DNA from: an uncultured Campylobacter sp.
GTDB taxonomy: Bacteria > Campylobacterota > Campylobacteria > Campylobacterales > Campylobacteraceae
Direction of reading: 5' to 3'
Assembly: GCA_963515915.1 (NCBI GenBank)
Contig: CAUPZQ010000007.1
Location: forward strand, 180-64,179
Length of the DNA stretch: 64,000 nucleotides
Shown piece after piece: positions 29,539 to 38,779 of this stretch (position 1 is its first letter; every line of letters begins with the position of its first letter). Both the position numbers and the translations under genes were made by a program. A model generated the notes under the pieces. That model searched no databases, was not told the DNA's origin, and saw only the letters and a program-made list of their open reading frames with translations.

Positions 29539-29877
29539 TTGGGCTTAAAAGAATACGTTTTCGGCTTTGCCTGCGAGGACCGTGCGGCGGAATTTTTACG
29601 CGGCGAAGGATTTGAAATTTTAAAACGAAATTTTCGTTGCCGCTTCGGCGAGATCGACATAATCGCGCGTAAAGACGGTATTTTGCACTTCGTCGAGGTG
29701 AAGGCTACGAGCGGCGATTATGACGCCGCAGAGCGCGTAACTAGCGCCAAGATGGCTAAAATTTTAAAGGCGGCGGAATTTTATCTGATGAGCTGCGATA
29801 CGGACGAGCCGTGGCAGATCGACGTCGTGGAAGTTTATACAAAGCAGATAAAATTTATCGCCAACATATCTTTTTAA
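29539..29877 (+). CDS. yraN: YraN-family (UPF0102) endonuclease-like protein
   Basis: 112 aa with GEIDIIA and the FVEVK motif. TTG start right after the hom stop. Confidence 0.8.
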   Translation: MGLKEYVFGFACEDRAAEFLRGEGFEILKRNFRCRFGEIDIIARKDGILHFVEVKATSGDYDAAERVTSAKMAKILKAAEFYLMSCDTDEPWQIDVVEVYTKQIKFIANISF

Positions 29878-29912
29878 ATTAGAATTTTTATTATTTATTT
29901 AAGATAATGAAC

Positions 29913-29918
29913 TATAAT
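29913..29918 (+). promoter_or_regulatory. Candidate -10 box (TATAAT) for trxA
   Basis: TATAAT lies 30 nt upstream of the trxA ATG, within an AT-rich leader. Confidence 0.35.
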
Positions 29919-29947
29919 CCACGGAATTTTAACACAAGGAGAACATC

Positions 29948-30262
29948 ATGGGAAAGTATATAGAGCTTACTTCGGAGAATTTCGACGTTATTAAAGAGGG
30001 TGTCGCGCTAGTCGATTTTTGGGCGCCTTGGTGCGGACCGTGCCGTATGATCGCCCCGATCATCGAGGAGCTTGCGAACGATTACGAGGGCAAGGCTAAA
30101 ATTTGCAAAGTAAATACCGACGAAGCGCAGGATCTTGCGGTGCAGTTCGGCGTCCGCTCGATCCCTACGATTCTATTTTTCAAAGACGGCGAGCTAAAAG
30201 CCCAACTCATCGGCGCGCAATCCAAACAGATCATAGCCGACAAACTAAACTCGCTTCTGTAA
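29948..30262 (+). CDS. trxA: Thioredoxin
   Basis: WAPWCGPCRM active site; 104 aa. Confidence 0.96.
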   Translation: MGKYIELTSENFDVIKEGVALVDFWAPWCGPCRMIAPIIEELANDYEGKAKICKVNTDEAQDLAVQFGVRSIPTILFFKDGELKAQLIGAQSKQIIADKLNSLL

Positions 30263-30267
30263 ATTTT

Positions 30268-30290
30268 AAAAGGGCGGCTTTCGCCCTTTT
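30268..30290 (+). terminator. Rho-independent terminator after trxA
   Basis: AAAGGGCG-gcttt-CGCCCTTT hairpin followed by a T run. Confidence 0.7.
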
Positions 30291-30372
30291 CCCTTCCACT
30301 CATCGTTTTATTAATTAAATTCGTAAATTTAACGCCCGCGGCTTTACTTAATAAAATAATTAAGGAGAAAAA

Positions 30373-31317
30373 ATGTTAGATTTAGCAATTATCGGCGGCG
30401 GCCCTGCAGGGCTAGCGGCGGGGCTTTATGCTACTAGAGGCGGTTTAAAAGACGTCGTGATGTTTGAGATGGGTATGCCTGGTGGGCAGATCACCTCAAG
30501 CTCCGAGATGGAAAACTATCCTGGCGTTGCTGCGGTGACTGATGGGATGAGCTTTATGGCGCCTTGGCAGGAACAGTGCTTCCGCTTCGGGCTGAAGCAT
30601 GAGATGGTGCGCGTGCTACGCATCTCAAAAGACGGCGACGGAAATTTTACGATCTATCTCGAGGGCGATCAAACACGACGCGCGCGTGCCGTTATCGTAG
30701 CTACGGGCTCTACTCCGCGCCGCGCGGGGATCGAGGGCGAGGATGAGTTTTTCGGTCGCGGCGTCAGTACCTGCGCGACCTGCGACGGGTTTTTTTACAA
30801 GGGCAAAGAGGTTGCCGTCCTAGGCGGCGGCGATACGGCGCTAGAGGAGGCTCTGTATCTAGCTAAAATTTGCTCTAAAGTCTATCTGATCCATCGCCGC
30901 GATGAGTTTCGCGCCGCGCCTTCGACCGTGCAAAAGGTGCGCGAAAGTGAGAATATCGAGCTCATTACAAGCGCGCTCGTAGAGCAGATCAAAGGTGATG
31001 CAAGCGGCGTAACGGGCGTCGTTGTCAAAGATAAAACAAGCGGCGCCGCGCGTGAGCTGCAGCTACCTGGGATCTTCGTATTCGTGGGGCTTGACGTGCG
31101 AAACGAGGTGCTAAAGGGCGATGATGGTAAGTTCATTTGCGACGTCACGCCAGGCGGGCAGGTCGCGGTAAATTTAAAGATGCAAACAAGCGTACACGGA
31201 CTATTCGCGGCGGGCGATATGAGGCAAGATGCGCCTAAGCAGGTCGTTTGCGCGGCAGGCGACGGCGCGGTTGCCGCACTTAGTGCGATCGCATATCTGC
31301 AAGGACACGATAAATAG
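30373..31317 (+). CDS. trxB: Thioredoxin-disulfide reductase
   Basis: [15 protein letters not shown] motif, CATCDGFFY redox-active disulfide, and [18 protein letters not shown] motif. Confidence 0.95.
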   Translation: MLDLAIIGGGPAGLAAGLYATRGGLKDVVMFEMGMPGGQITSSSEMENYPGVAAVTDGMSFMAPWQEQCFRFGLKHEMVRVLRISKDGDGNFTIYLEGDQTRRARAVIVATGSTPRRAGIEGEDEFFGRGVSTCATCDGFFYKGKEVAVLGGGDTALEEALYLAKICSKVYLIHRRDEFRAAPSTVQKVRESENIELITSALVEQIKGDASGVTGVVVKDKTSGAARELQLPGIFVFVGLDVRNEVLKGDDGKFICDVTPGGQVAVNLKMQTSVHGLFAAGDMRQDAPKQVVCAAGDGAVAALSAIAYLQGHDK

Positions 31318-31474
31318 GCCTATATTCGGCGTAAAATTTCACGGCGCGGCGGGCGAAGCTACTTCCGTCGCGCTTTAAATTTAAAATCATACCTGAAATT
31401 TTGAATGAAATTTTATTATAAGAAAAGCGTCTAAATTTTAAAATTTTATCAAATTTAGTCGCGAGATGAGGCAC

Positions 31475-32203
31475 TTATTGCCTTTCGTAGAAGCCCGCTA
31501 TGACATCTTTTGACTTCATTTTATTTACGGGATCTTCTTTACCGTTCGTGATAAGTTTAAATTTATCAGACAGACTTACGCTTTTGCCCTCATTTAAGAT
31601 AAAATTTAGCTCGATAGCAAGCTTTGATAACCCATCTTCTTTATGTCCGAAGCTCGCGTCCAACTGCTCTGCCGTTATTTGCGAGTAATAAACGGCTGCT
31701 TTTAAGCACTCCATAATAAAGTCTATGTAGATTTCGGTATTGCTTTCTTTTAGTATCTCCCCTTTTAATTTGTCGTCGCAATCGACCGACTTCCATTCCT
31801 CCTCAAAAATTCTATTTTGCCTTTGATTTTTAAGTGTTTCTTGAAATTTAGCTTCGTTTAATTTGCAGTATTCTTTTGCCAGCTTAAACAAACCCTGCGC
31901 GTCGTAAGCCTTGCCCTCATAAAAAGTCATAACCCTTTTTAAAGATGAGTCTAACATCTCTTGTTTATATGATTTAAGCCTCTGCTCTACATCCACGTCG
32001 CAGACCATCTTGACCGTCTTTAATCCGCCGTTTTCCTCTTTACTCCACGTGATATTTTTGCAGATTTTCGAGCCCTCGATCGCCGCGCCGATACTCATAG
32101 ATTCAAAATCTGGCAGAGTGTAGTTTTTCACAAGTCCCACATCGTCATCGCCGCATCCTGCAAAAATCAACGCCGCAAGCGCAGCGCCCAATACGTATTT
32201 CAT
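31475..32203 (-). CDS. Lipoprotein, unknown function (lower G+C than neighbours)
   Basis: 242 aa with signal peptide and lipobox (ALIFAGCGDD). It is Lys/Glu-rich with several Cys, and I recognised no family motif. It sits between trxB and the tRNA with the UCA anticodon. Confidence 0.7.
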   Translation of the reverse strand: MKYVLGAALAALIFAGCGDDDVGLVKNYTLPDFESMSIGAAIEGSKICKNITWSKEENGGLKTVKMVCDVDVEQRLKSYKQEMLDSSLKRVMTFYEGKAYDAQGLFKLAKEYCKLNEAKFQETLKNQRQNRIFEEEWKSVDCDDKLKGEILKESNTEIYIDFIMECLKAAVYYSQITAEQLDASFGHKEDGLSKLAIELNFILNEGKSVSLSDKFKLITNGKEDPVNKMKSKDVIAGFYERQ

Positions 32204-32343
32204 ACTCGCTCCTTCAAGAAAAGTTAACGAACAATGCTATCCGCCTCTGTTTAATAATGGATAAATTTAGAGCTTAAATTTGAGATAAATTCGCAAAGCG
32301 CTAGAGATCAAGAATGCAAAAGTGAAATTTTATGAAAGAATTC

Positions 32344-32440
32344 GGCGAGAGAGGGAGGGAATCGAACCCCCCGGAAAACGGTCAACCGCCCTCCTATCGG
32401 ATTTGAAGTCCGCAGACGCCACCAGGTCGCCATCCTCTCC
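32344..32440 (-). tRNA. selC: tRNA-Sec (anticodon UCA), selC-like
   Basis: The reverse complement reads GGAGAGGATGGCGACCTGGTGGCGTCTGCGGACTTCAAATCCGATAGGAGGGCGGTTGACCGTTTTCCGGGGGGTTCGATTCCCTCCCTCTCTCGCC. It has anticodon loop CUUCAAA (UCA), a 9-bp long variable arm (GGAGGGCGG/CCGTTTTCC with G-U pairs), and T-loop GGTTCGATTCC. I could not fold the acceptor/D arm into the textbook bacterial 8/5 Sec form by hand, so the ends are approximate. Confidence 0.72.
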
Positions 32441-32468
32441 AAATGCGGGAATTATAGCGAGATAAAAT

Positions 32469-35216
32469 TTATTTAGCTTTAAAGAGGCTAAATTTTAAGC
32501 CCTTTCGGCTCATTATTAATGACGGCAGGATTATGAGCGCGCCCAAAAGTAGCAGGCTCATCACCAGACATATCAGCAGTCCGAAGTAGATCGTAGGCCA
32601 GAAATTACTCATCATCATCACACTAAAACCTAAAATGATCGCAAACGACGTATAATACATCGCGTATCCGATACTTGCGTGGCTCGCGCGGATCGCCGCG
32701 GCCTCGTCGCCGCTGCGCGCAAACTCCCGCTTGTAGCGGTAGATGTAGTGGATGACGTCGTCCACGCCGATACCGATGCTGATCGCCGCTATCGTGATGC
32801 TCATGATATCCAGCGGAATGCCCGCAACGCCCATGATGCCGAAGCAAGCGCAAAGCGGGATTAAATTTACGACGATCGCGATAAGCGCGTATGAAAACGA
32901 GCGAAAGATGATCACGAAAAGCACGAAAAGCACGAGCACGGTGATACCCAGGGTGTCTATCTGCGAGCTCATCAGGCTTTGAAGCATATTGTTATAAAGC
33001 ACCATTATACCGCTGATCTGCACCGTGACATTATCTTTAGCGAGCAGGGAGTCCAGATCGCGCTTAAGATCGGCTAGGAATTGCGCCCTGCGGAGATTCG
33101 GATCGCTATCTATCGTGCGGATGCTAAAGTGCGCCTCGTTCGCTTCGATATTTACAAAGGGCGAAAGTACCAATTCGCGGTAATTTGCGGGCATTTCAGA
33201 GTAGATTAGAGCAAGGCTCAGATCGTCCAGATCGCGCCCCTGATTAATCTGCTTACCGAGCTTTAAAAGCGATGCGAGCGAGCTTACGTTGCCGATAAAC
33301 TCGTGCCCCGCGACGTTTTTGTCCTTCAAAAAATCATCTATTTTGCCGATGATGCGCATCTTTTCGGATGTGAACCAATACTGCGGCTTGTTCTCGTTGG
33401 CGGCGTATTCGGCTTCGAAATCGCCAAAATCGTCGCTCGCGGTGGAATTTTGTTCTAAATTTGCGGCGCGGGTTTGATCTGAATTTACGGCTTCATTTGA
33501 TTGTGCTGCCGCAGCGGAGCCTTGCTCAGAAAAATTTTGATCATTTAAATTTTGCGTGATAGAATTTTGCCGAGTAGAATTTGCCGCAAAATTTCGCTCA
33601 GCGGGATTGGAATTTTCGCCGTTCTTAGAATTTGCGCTGCCGCTCGCGGAATTTTCACTCTCGCTAGCAGAATCCGCGCTGCTCGCGCTTTTAAATTTAA
33701 CGACGATATCAAGCGGAATCGTTCCGCCGAGATTTGTATCGATGACCTCCATGCCCGCGCGGATGTCGGTGCTTTTTTTGAAGTAGCCGATGAAGCTGTT
33801 TTCGACGCGCAGCTGTGAGATACCGTAAAGCCCGAAGATCACCGCCGCAGCGCACACGCCGTAGATCGCGCCTCTGCTACGTAGCGCCGTTTCGGCGCAC
33901 CAAAGCGTAAATTTAAAGTGCTGCTCGAAGCTGCGATTATTGTGCGTGCGCCTTAGAAGCGACATAACTGCGCCGAATACTCCAAATGCCGTAACTAGCG
34001 AGATACTGATGCCTACGCTCATCATAATTCCCAGAGAAATTACGGGCTTTATATCGCAAAAAATTAGCGACATAAAGCCGATAACGGTCGTAAAGATTGC
34101 GAAAAAGCAGGGTCTTGCGCGCTCGCGCAGCACTGCATAAACGAGCTGGCGCTGCGAAAATGCGTGAAAGCGCGCGCTAAACTCGCGGTAGGCGACGATT
34201 AGGTGGATACAGACCGAAACCGTTATGATGAGTTGAAGCGCTATGAAATTTGAGCTAATCACCGTGACCTCAAAGCTCAAAAATCCGAATAATCCCGCTG
34301 CGAGCACGACCGAATACGCGCAGATGATGAGTGGCAGCAGGATAAATTTTGCCTGTCTAAAAAAGAGCCAAAAGCAAGCCAAAAGCAGCACCAAGGCGCC
34401 GAGTCCGTAGGTCGCCAGATCCGAGCGGACGTAGCCCACCATATCGTCTGCGATCATATTCAGCCCACCTAGAAACAATCGGTCGCCCGTAAATTCCTTC
34501 TCAAAGCCCGCGATCAGCGCGCGCAAAGCCACAATATCTCGGTGATCCTTTTCGCGCAGTTCGTCGCGGTAGGATTTAAAATTTTGCTCTGCAACTTTAA
34601 GCGCGTCTTTAAGCTGTGAAATTTGAGCCCCCGAGTGGTTGGCCTCATGCTCTGCTTGCTCTAGAGCGCTTTTAGCTCCGTCTCTTAGGCGCAAAAGCTC
34701 CTCGTAGCGGGTCTGAGGCTTTAAATTTATCAAAATTGCGGTAGTGCGAAAATCGGCGCTTACTAAATTTGATGCGTAAAAGGGGCTTGTGGCGAACTCG
34801 CGCCTAGCCGCGGTTAAATTTACGTCCGCGTCGGTAAGAGTGGGTATGTGCTTAAGCAGCTCGCTCATACCGCCACCTTTGTTTAGCAAAAGCGGCACAT
34901 TCGTGATGTCCGTGACGCTAGCGACGAAATCCAGCTTGGAAAAAGCCGCATCCATCTGCTCTATCTTACGAATCGTCTCGGGCGCTAAAAGATCGCCCGC
35001 GGGAGTGTATGCAAGCACCAAGAAATTCGGCGTTTCGTAGCGTTTGGATACTTCGCGCCAAATTTGAAGGTCTTTGTCATTATCTAGTAGAAGCGTCTGG
35101 CTCGAAGCGTCGATCTCGAGCTTTGTGGAGTAATATCCGAAAAAGAGCGCCAGCGCTGTAAACAGTGCAAGCGTGATTTTCGGAAACGCGACGATTAAGC
35201 GAAAAATTTTTTTCAA
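32469..35216 (-). CDS. RND-superfamily (MMPL/HpnN-like) exporter with two 6-TM bundles and an internal low-complexity insert
   Basis: 915 aa with two hydrophobic 5-6 TM blocks (aa ~270-420 and ~770-900), each preceded by a large soluble loop. It is co-directional with and adjacent to mlaC/mlaA. The insert lies at aa ~515-610. Confidence 0.78.
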   Translation of the reverse strand: MKKIFRLIVAFPKITLALFTALALFFGYYSTKLEIDASSQTLLLDNDKDLQIWREVSKRYETPNFLVLAYTPAGDLLAPETIRKIEQMDAAFSKLDFVASVTDITNVPLLLNKGGGMSELLKHIPTLTDADVNLTAARREFATSPFYASNLVSADFRTTAILINLKPQTRYEELLRLRDGAKSALEQAEHEANHSGAQISQLKDALKVAEQNFKSYRDELREKDHRDIVALRALIAGFEKEFTGDRLFLGGLNMIADDMVGYVRSDLATYGLGALVLLLACFWLFFRQAKFILLPLIICAYSVVLAAGLFGFLSFEVTVISSNFIALQLIITVSVCIHLIVAYREFSARFHAFSQRQLVYAVLRERARPCFFAIFTTVIGFMSLIFCDIKPVISLGIMMSVGISISLVTAFGVFGAVMSLLRRTHNNRSFEQHFKFTLWCAETALRSRGAIYGVCAAAVIFGLYGISQLRVENSFIGYFKKSTDIRAGMEVIDTNLGGTIPLDIVVKFKSASSADSASESENSASGSANSKNGENSNPAERNFAANSTRQNSITQNLNDQNFSEQGSAAAAQSNEAVNSDQTRAANLEQNSTASDDFGDFEAEYAANENKPQYWFTSEKMRIIGKIDDFLKDKNVAGHEFIGNVSSLASLLKLGKQINQGRDLDDLSLALIYSEMPANYRELVLSPFVNIEANEAHFSIRTIDSDPNLRRAQFLADLKRDLDSLLAKDNVTVQISGIMVLYNNMLQSLMSSQIDTLGITVLVLFVLFVIIFRSFSYALIAIVVNLIPLCACFGIMGVAGIPLDIMSITIAAISIGIGVDDVIHYIYRYKREFARSGDEAAAIRASHASIGYAMYYTSFAIILGFSVMMMSNFWPTIYFGLLICLVMSLLLLGALIILPSLIMSRKGLKFSLFKAK

Positions 35217-35239
35217 ATACCGCTCTTTTAGGCGCGCTG

Positions 35240-35830
35240 CTATTCGCCGCTATTGATGACGGTGGAATTTAGCCGCTTTATAAGCTCGTCAAAGCCCAAG
35301 CTTTGCGTTACGTCGCCTAGCTGCGAGCGGTAGGTTTGAATTAGGCTAACGCCCACGATATCGACGTCGTAGATACGCCAATCAGAGCCGTTAGGATAAA
35401 ATTTAAAATCGATGTCGTAGTTTTTCTGTTCGCCGATGACCTGCGTTTTTAGCACGCGGCGCTTATCGCTCGGGCTTTGTTTGCTTAGCACCTTCATATC
35501 CTGATCGGTATAAAGCGAAAGCTTTTCGATAAACGAGCGCTTTAGATGCGCCTCGAAGGCTTTATTAAATTCCGCGATCTGTGCGGGGCTAAGGCTAGCG
35601 TAATGCTTGGCAAGGGAGAGCTTTGCCATCATCTTGTAATCGAAGTAGCCGTCAAAAAGCGCAAAGATTTTCGCGGGCTTTGCGTCTTTGGGCGCGCTGC
35701 TTCGCATAATATTTACGGCCTCGGCGACCTTCTGGCTCATCACCGGCTCGATATCCGCATCGCTAATAGCGTGCGCCGAAATCAAAAGCGCTCCGCAAAG
35801 CGCTAGAACTTTTAAAATTTTCATTTTCAT
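35240..35830 (-). CDS. mlaC: MlaC/Ttg2D-family periplasmic phospholipid-binding protein
   Basis: 196 aa with a signal peptide. Family-typical FDGYFDYKMMAKLSLAKHY and WRIYDVDIVGVSLIQTYRSQ blocks. Confidence 0.78.
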   Translation of the reverse strand: MKMKILKVLALCGALLISAHAISDADIEPVMSQKVAEAVNIMRSSAPKDAKPAKIFALFDGYFDYKMMAKLSLAKHYASLSPAQIAEFNKAFEAHLKRSFIEKLSLYTDQDMKVLSKQSPSDKRRVLKTQVIGEQKNYDIDFKFYPNGSDWRIYDVDIVGVSLIQTYRSQLGDVTQSLGFDELIKRLNSTVINSGE

Positions 35831-36570
35831 TCCTTTATTAGTTTTTCGCGATTTTGCTCGTAAGCATCGCGCAAAAACGGATATAGATCCACCGCATCTT
35901 TGGTCATTTTTTCATAAAATTTCGGATCGCGCGAGTAGTCGTTAAATATTCTAAATCCATTGACGGAGTTTCGAACAGTGCCGTCTTTAATATAATTTAT
36001 CGGGTTTGAAAAATAATCTCCGACAAGTCCCGCTGTATCGCGTAGATTGCTTTGTCCTAAGATCGGCCAGACGATGTGAGGACCCGCCGGCACGCCCCAA
36101 TACCCGAGTGTCTGCCCGAAATCCTCGTCGTGGCGTGGAATTCCGTAGTATTTGCCCGCCATATCATTAAGTCCGCCGAAGCCAACGGTCGAATTGATCA
36201 AAAACCGTTTCGTCTCATCCCAAGAATTTTCAAATTTGCCCTGTAGTAGGTTGTTTACGAGCCTCATCGGATATAAAATATTATAGAAAAAATTTGAAAA
36301 CGCGCCCTGGATCGGATCGGGCATTACGTAATCGTAGCCGCTGGCTACTGGGGTTAATATGTATGAGTAAAATACGTCGTTAAAGCTCGTCATAACGCGG
36401 TTATAGCCGCTAAGCGGATCGAAAACCTCGCGTTTGGCAAACTCCTCATCAAAACCATCCGTATCGCCAGGTGCTACGTCTTGCTTTTGCGAGCAACCGC
36501 AGAGTGCCAATGCTGCGGCTAAGAATATAATTTTTATAAATTTCAAATGTGACCCTTCTTTATAAATCAA
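35827..36570 (-). CDS. mlaA: MlaA/VacJ-family outer-membrane lipoprotein
   Basis: Lipobox LALCGCS. DPLSGYNRVMTSFND...NFFYNILYPMRLVNNLLQGKF is the VacJ signature. Its stop overlaps the mlaC start. Confidence 0.85.
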   Translation of the reverse strand: MIYKEGSHLKFIKIIFLAAALALCGCSQKQDVAPGDTDGFDEEFAKREVFDPLSGYNRVMTSFNDVFYSYILTPVASGYDYVMPDPIQGAFSNFFYNILYPMRLVNNLLQGKFENSWDETKRFLINSTVGFGGLNDMAGKYYGIPRHDEDFGQTLGYWGVPAGPHIVWPILGQSNLRDTAGLVGDYFSNPINYIKDGTVRNSVNGFRIFNDYSRDPKFYEKMTKDAVDLYPFLRDAYEQNREKLIKE

Positions 36571-36675
36571 AGTGACGATTTTACAAATTTAAAGAAATTT
36601 TGTCAATAAGGGTAAAATTTCGTATAGAATTTCCCTCTTTATAGCGCAAAATAAAGCCTGCGGCTCTTTAAGAAA

Positions 36676-36692
36676 TATATCAGAGGATATAT
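36676..36692. promoter_or_regulatory. Candidate ModE operator (TATAT-N7-TATAT) overlapping the mod promoter
   Basis: TATATcagaggaTATAT is embedded in the inverted repeat ATATATC-AGAG-GATATAT. It is followed at once by TATAAAAT and lies ~38 nt upstream of the modE-like start. Confidence 0.4.
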
Positions 36693-36729
36693 TATAAAAT
36701 CACGCGAAAGTAAATAAGAAAGGATGAAA

Positions 36730-37518
36730 ATGGACGCAAAATTTGCTTTGGAATTTCTGCTTGGCAACGAAGCATCGCTTTTAGCTAAGCATATTAAGCT
36801 ACTTAAGGCCGTGGACGAAACTAAAAGTATTACAAAGGCCGCAGAGATCGTAGGAGTGTCGTATAAAAACGGCTGGGATGCGCTAAATTTAATCAACAAC
36901 GCGAGCAAAAAACCCCTCATCGTCCGCACTCAAGGCACTAAGAAAAATAGCGGCTCCGAGCTTACCCCTTACGCTCACAAGCTGATTCGCGCTTATGATG
37001 CTATCAGCCACGCGGGCGAGACGTTTTTGAGTGAAATTTTAAAGCTTGACGAGATCACCGAAGAAAGCCTTTTAAGCTTAGAGAAGATCGGCATGAAGCT
37101 TTCTGCACGCAATCAGCTAAGCGTTGAGATTACGGATGTTCAAACAGGCGCTGTAAATTCTCAAATCACGGCTAAGCTCGCAGGTGGTGAAATTTTATGC
37201 GCGACGGTAACCGTAGAGAGCGAAAAGAATTTAGGGCTAAAGGCGGGCAAGGATGTGCTGTTTTTATTCAAAGCTCCAAGCGTCATCATTGTTAAAGGAG
37301 CCTCGGAGAAGCTAAAACTTAGCACGGCGAATCAAATCAAAGGCACGATTAGTGAGGTCAAAATCGGCGCGGTAAACGCAGAGATCTGTCTAGGCACAAG
37401 CTCGCATCAAAACATCACCGCGATCATCACGCGAGAATCTGCTACCGCAATGGGTCTAGGAGTAGGAGATGAAGTAACGGCGATCATCGAGCCTAGCGAG
37501 ATCATTATTGGCGCGTAA
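36730..37518 (+). CDS. modE: ModE-type molybdate-responsive regulator (HTH plus two TOBE/Mop domains)
   Basis: The N-terminal LKAVDETKSITKAAEIVGVSYKNGWDALNLINN block is the ModE HTH. Two SARNQL/STANQI...G.V TOBE repeats follow. The ATG at 36730 has better RBS spacing than the one at 36724. Confidence 0.82.
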   Translation: MDAKFALEFLLGNEASLLAKHIKLLKAVDETKSITKAAEIVGVSYKNGWDALNLINNASKKPLIVRTQGTKKNSGSELTPYAHKLIRAYDAISHAGETFLSEILKLDEITEESLLSLEKIGMKLSARNQLSVEITDVQTGAVNSQITAKLAGGEILCATVTVESEKNLGLKAGKDVLFLFKAPSVIIVKGASEKLKLSTANQIKGTISEVKIGAVNAEICLGTSSHQNITAIITRESATAMGLGVGDEVTAIIEPSEIIIGA

Positions 37519-37619
37519 TAGGATGAGATCGGGTGCGCAAAATTTTAAAATTTAAGGCGTAAATTTAAAATTTTAGATACAATTCGATTCTCGGCGAGAG
37601 CCGAAACGAAAGGCATAAA

Positions 37620-38387
37620 ATGAAGTTAAAAGCACTGCTTTTAGGAATTTTAACCGCAGGCGCGCTTAGCGCAGGAGAGGTCAGCGTAGCAGCCGCTGCG
37701 AACACGACGTATGCGTTTGACGAGATCAAGGCGGAATTTGCCAGGCTGCATCCGCAAACCACGCTAAACGTGAGCTTGGGCGCCAGCGGTGCGCTTAGCA
37801 CGCAGATCAAAAACGGCGCGCCGTTTGATATTTTTATGGCGGCGGATATGAAATTTGCAGACGATCTGCATAAAGAGGGCTTTGCGACGGCGCCTGCCAA
37901 AACCTACGCAAAGGGCAAAGTCGCGATGTTTAGCGTGCGCGGCGTAGATCTTAGCAAAGGGCTTGAAGCTTTAAAAAACCCTAGCGTCAAAACTATCACG
38001 ATAGCAAACCCAAAGACCGCTCCTTACGGCACCGCAAGCGTACAGGCCTTCCAAAAAGCGGGGGTTTACGATGAGATCAAAGGCAAAATCGTAGAAGCAA
38101 AATCGATCGGCGAGGCTCTTTCGCAAGCTCTTAAAGCTTCCGACGTCGGCTTTATCGCCGCTAGCGCGATGTATGCGCCTAAGATGGCAAAGGACGGCTG
38201 CAACGGCAAGCCTTGCAAGCAGGGCGAAAATTTCGTCTTGGTCGATACCAAACTCTACGAGCCGATAGCCCAAGGCATGGTTGTGCTAAACCGCGCCAAA
38301 GACAATGCCGAAGCCAAGGCATTTTATGATTTTATCCTAAGCGATAAGGGTAAGGCGATCTTTGCTAAATACGGATACGAGTTTTAA
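37620..38387 (+). CDS. modA: Molybdate ABC transporter substrate-binding protein
   Basis: Signal peptide, then AAAN..YAFDEI...SLGASGALSTQIKNGAPFDIFMAAD and NP.TAPYG blocks typical of ModA. Confidence 0.88.
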   Translation: MKLKALLLGILTAGALSAGEVSVAAAANTTYAFDEIKAEFARLHPQTTLNVSLGASGALSTQIKNGAPFDIFMAADMKFADDLHKEGFATAPAKTYAKGKVAMFSVRGVDLSKGLEALKNPSVKTITIANPKTAPYGTASVQAFQKAGVYDEIKGKIVEAKSIGEALSQALKASDVGFIAASAMYAPKMAKDGCNGKPCKQGENFVLVDTKLYEPIAQGMVVLNRAKDNAEAKAFYDFILSDKGKAIFAKYGYEF

Positions 38388-38779
38388 TGATTAGAGCGAG
38401 AATCAACGAAATTTTACAAAAAGACGGCATCCATTCTGTAGGATTTATCGCGGGCGGTATCAAGCTGCGCGGCGTATTTCTGCAGCTAAGTAGCGAGCTT
38501 AAGGTAGGCAGTGAAGTTTACGTGGGCTTTAAAAGCACCGATGCGCTTTTATCTCGCGAAGCTCTAAGTGGTGTATCTAGCGAAAACGAAATTCGCGGCA
38601 AGATTATGAGCCTAAGCTTGGGCGAAATTCTATGTACGTTAAAATTTGAAGGCAAGATAAGCTTTGATGTGCTCATTAGCGCGCATTCTGCGCAGGAGCT
38701 TGCTTTACGCGAGGGCGACGAGGTTTTCGCATACATTAGCGCCACTGCGATATATATAGAAAAATATGATAACGATTGA
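38387..38779 (+). CDS. TOBE/Mop-domain molybdate-binding protein
   Basis: 130 aa with two TOBE-like halves (SENEIRGKIMSL...). It lies between modA and modC, with overlapping start and stop codons. Confidence 0.65.
   Translation: MIRARINEILQKDGIHSVGFIAGGIKLRGVFLQLSSELKVGSEVYVGFKSTDALLSREALSGVSSENEIRGKIMSLSLGEILCTLKFEGKISFDVLISAHSAQELALREGDEVFAYISATAIYIEKYDND

Noticed and set aside
32344-32440. Alternative identity for the long-variable-arm tRNA (Ser/Leu class II)
   Set aside because: The 7-nt anticodon loop CUUCAAA places UCA at positions 34-36, which is not a Ser or Leu anticodon. An opal suppressor is formally possible but far less likely than selC in a Campylobacter-type genome.
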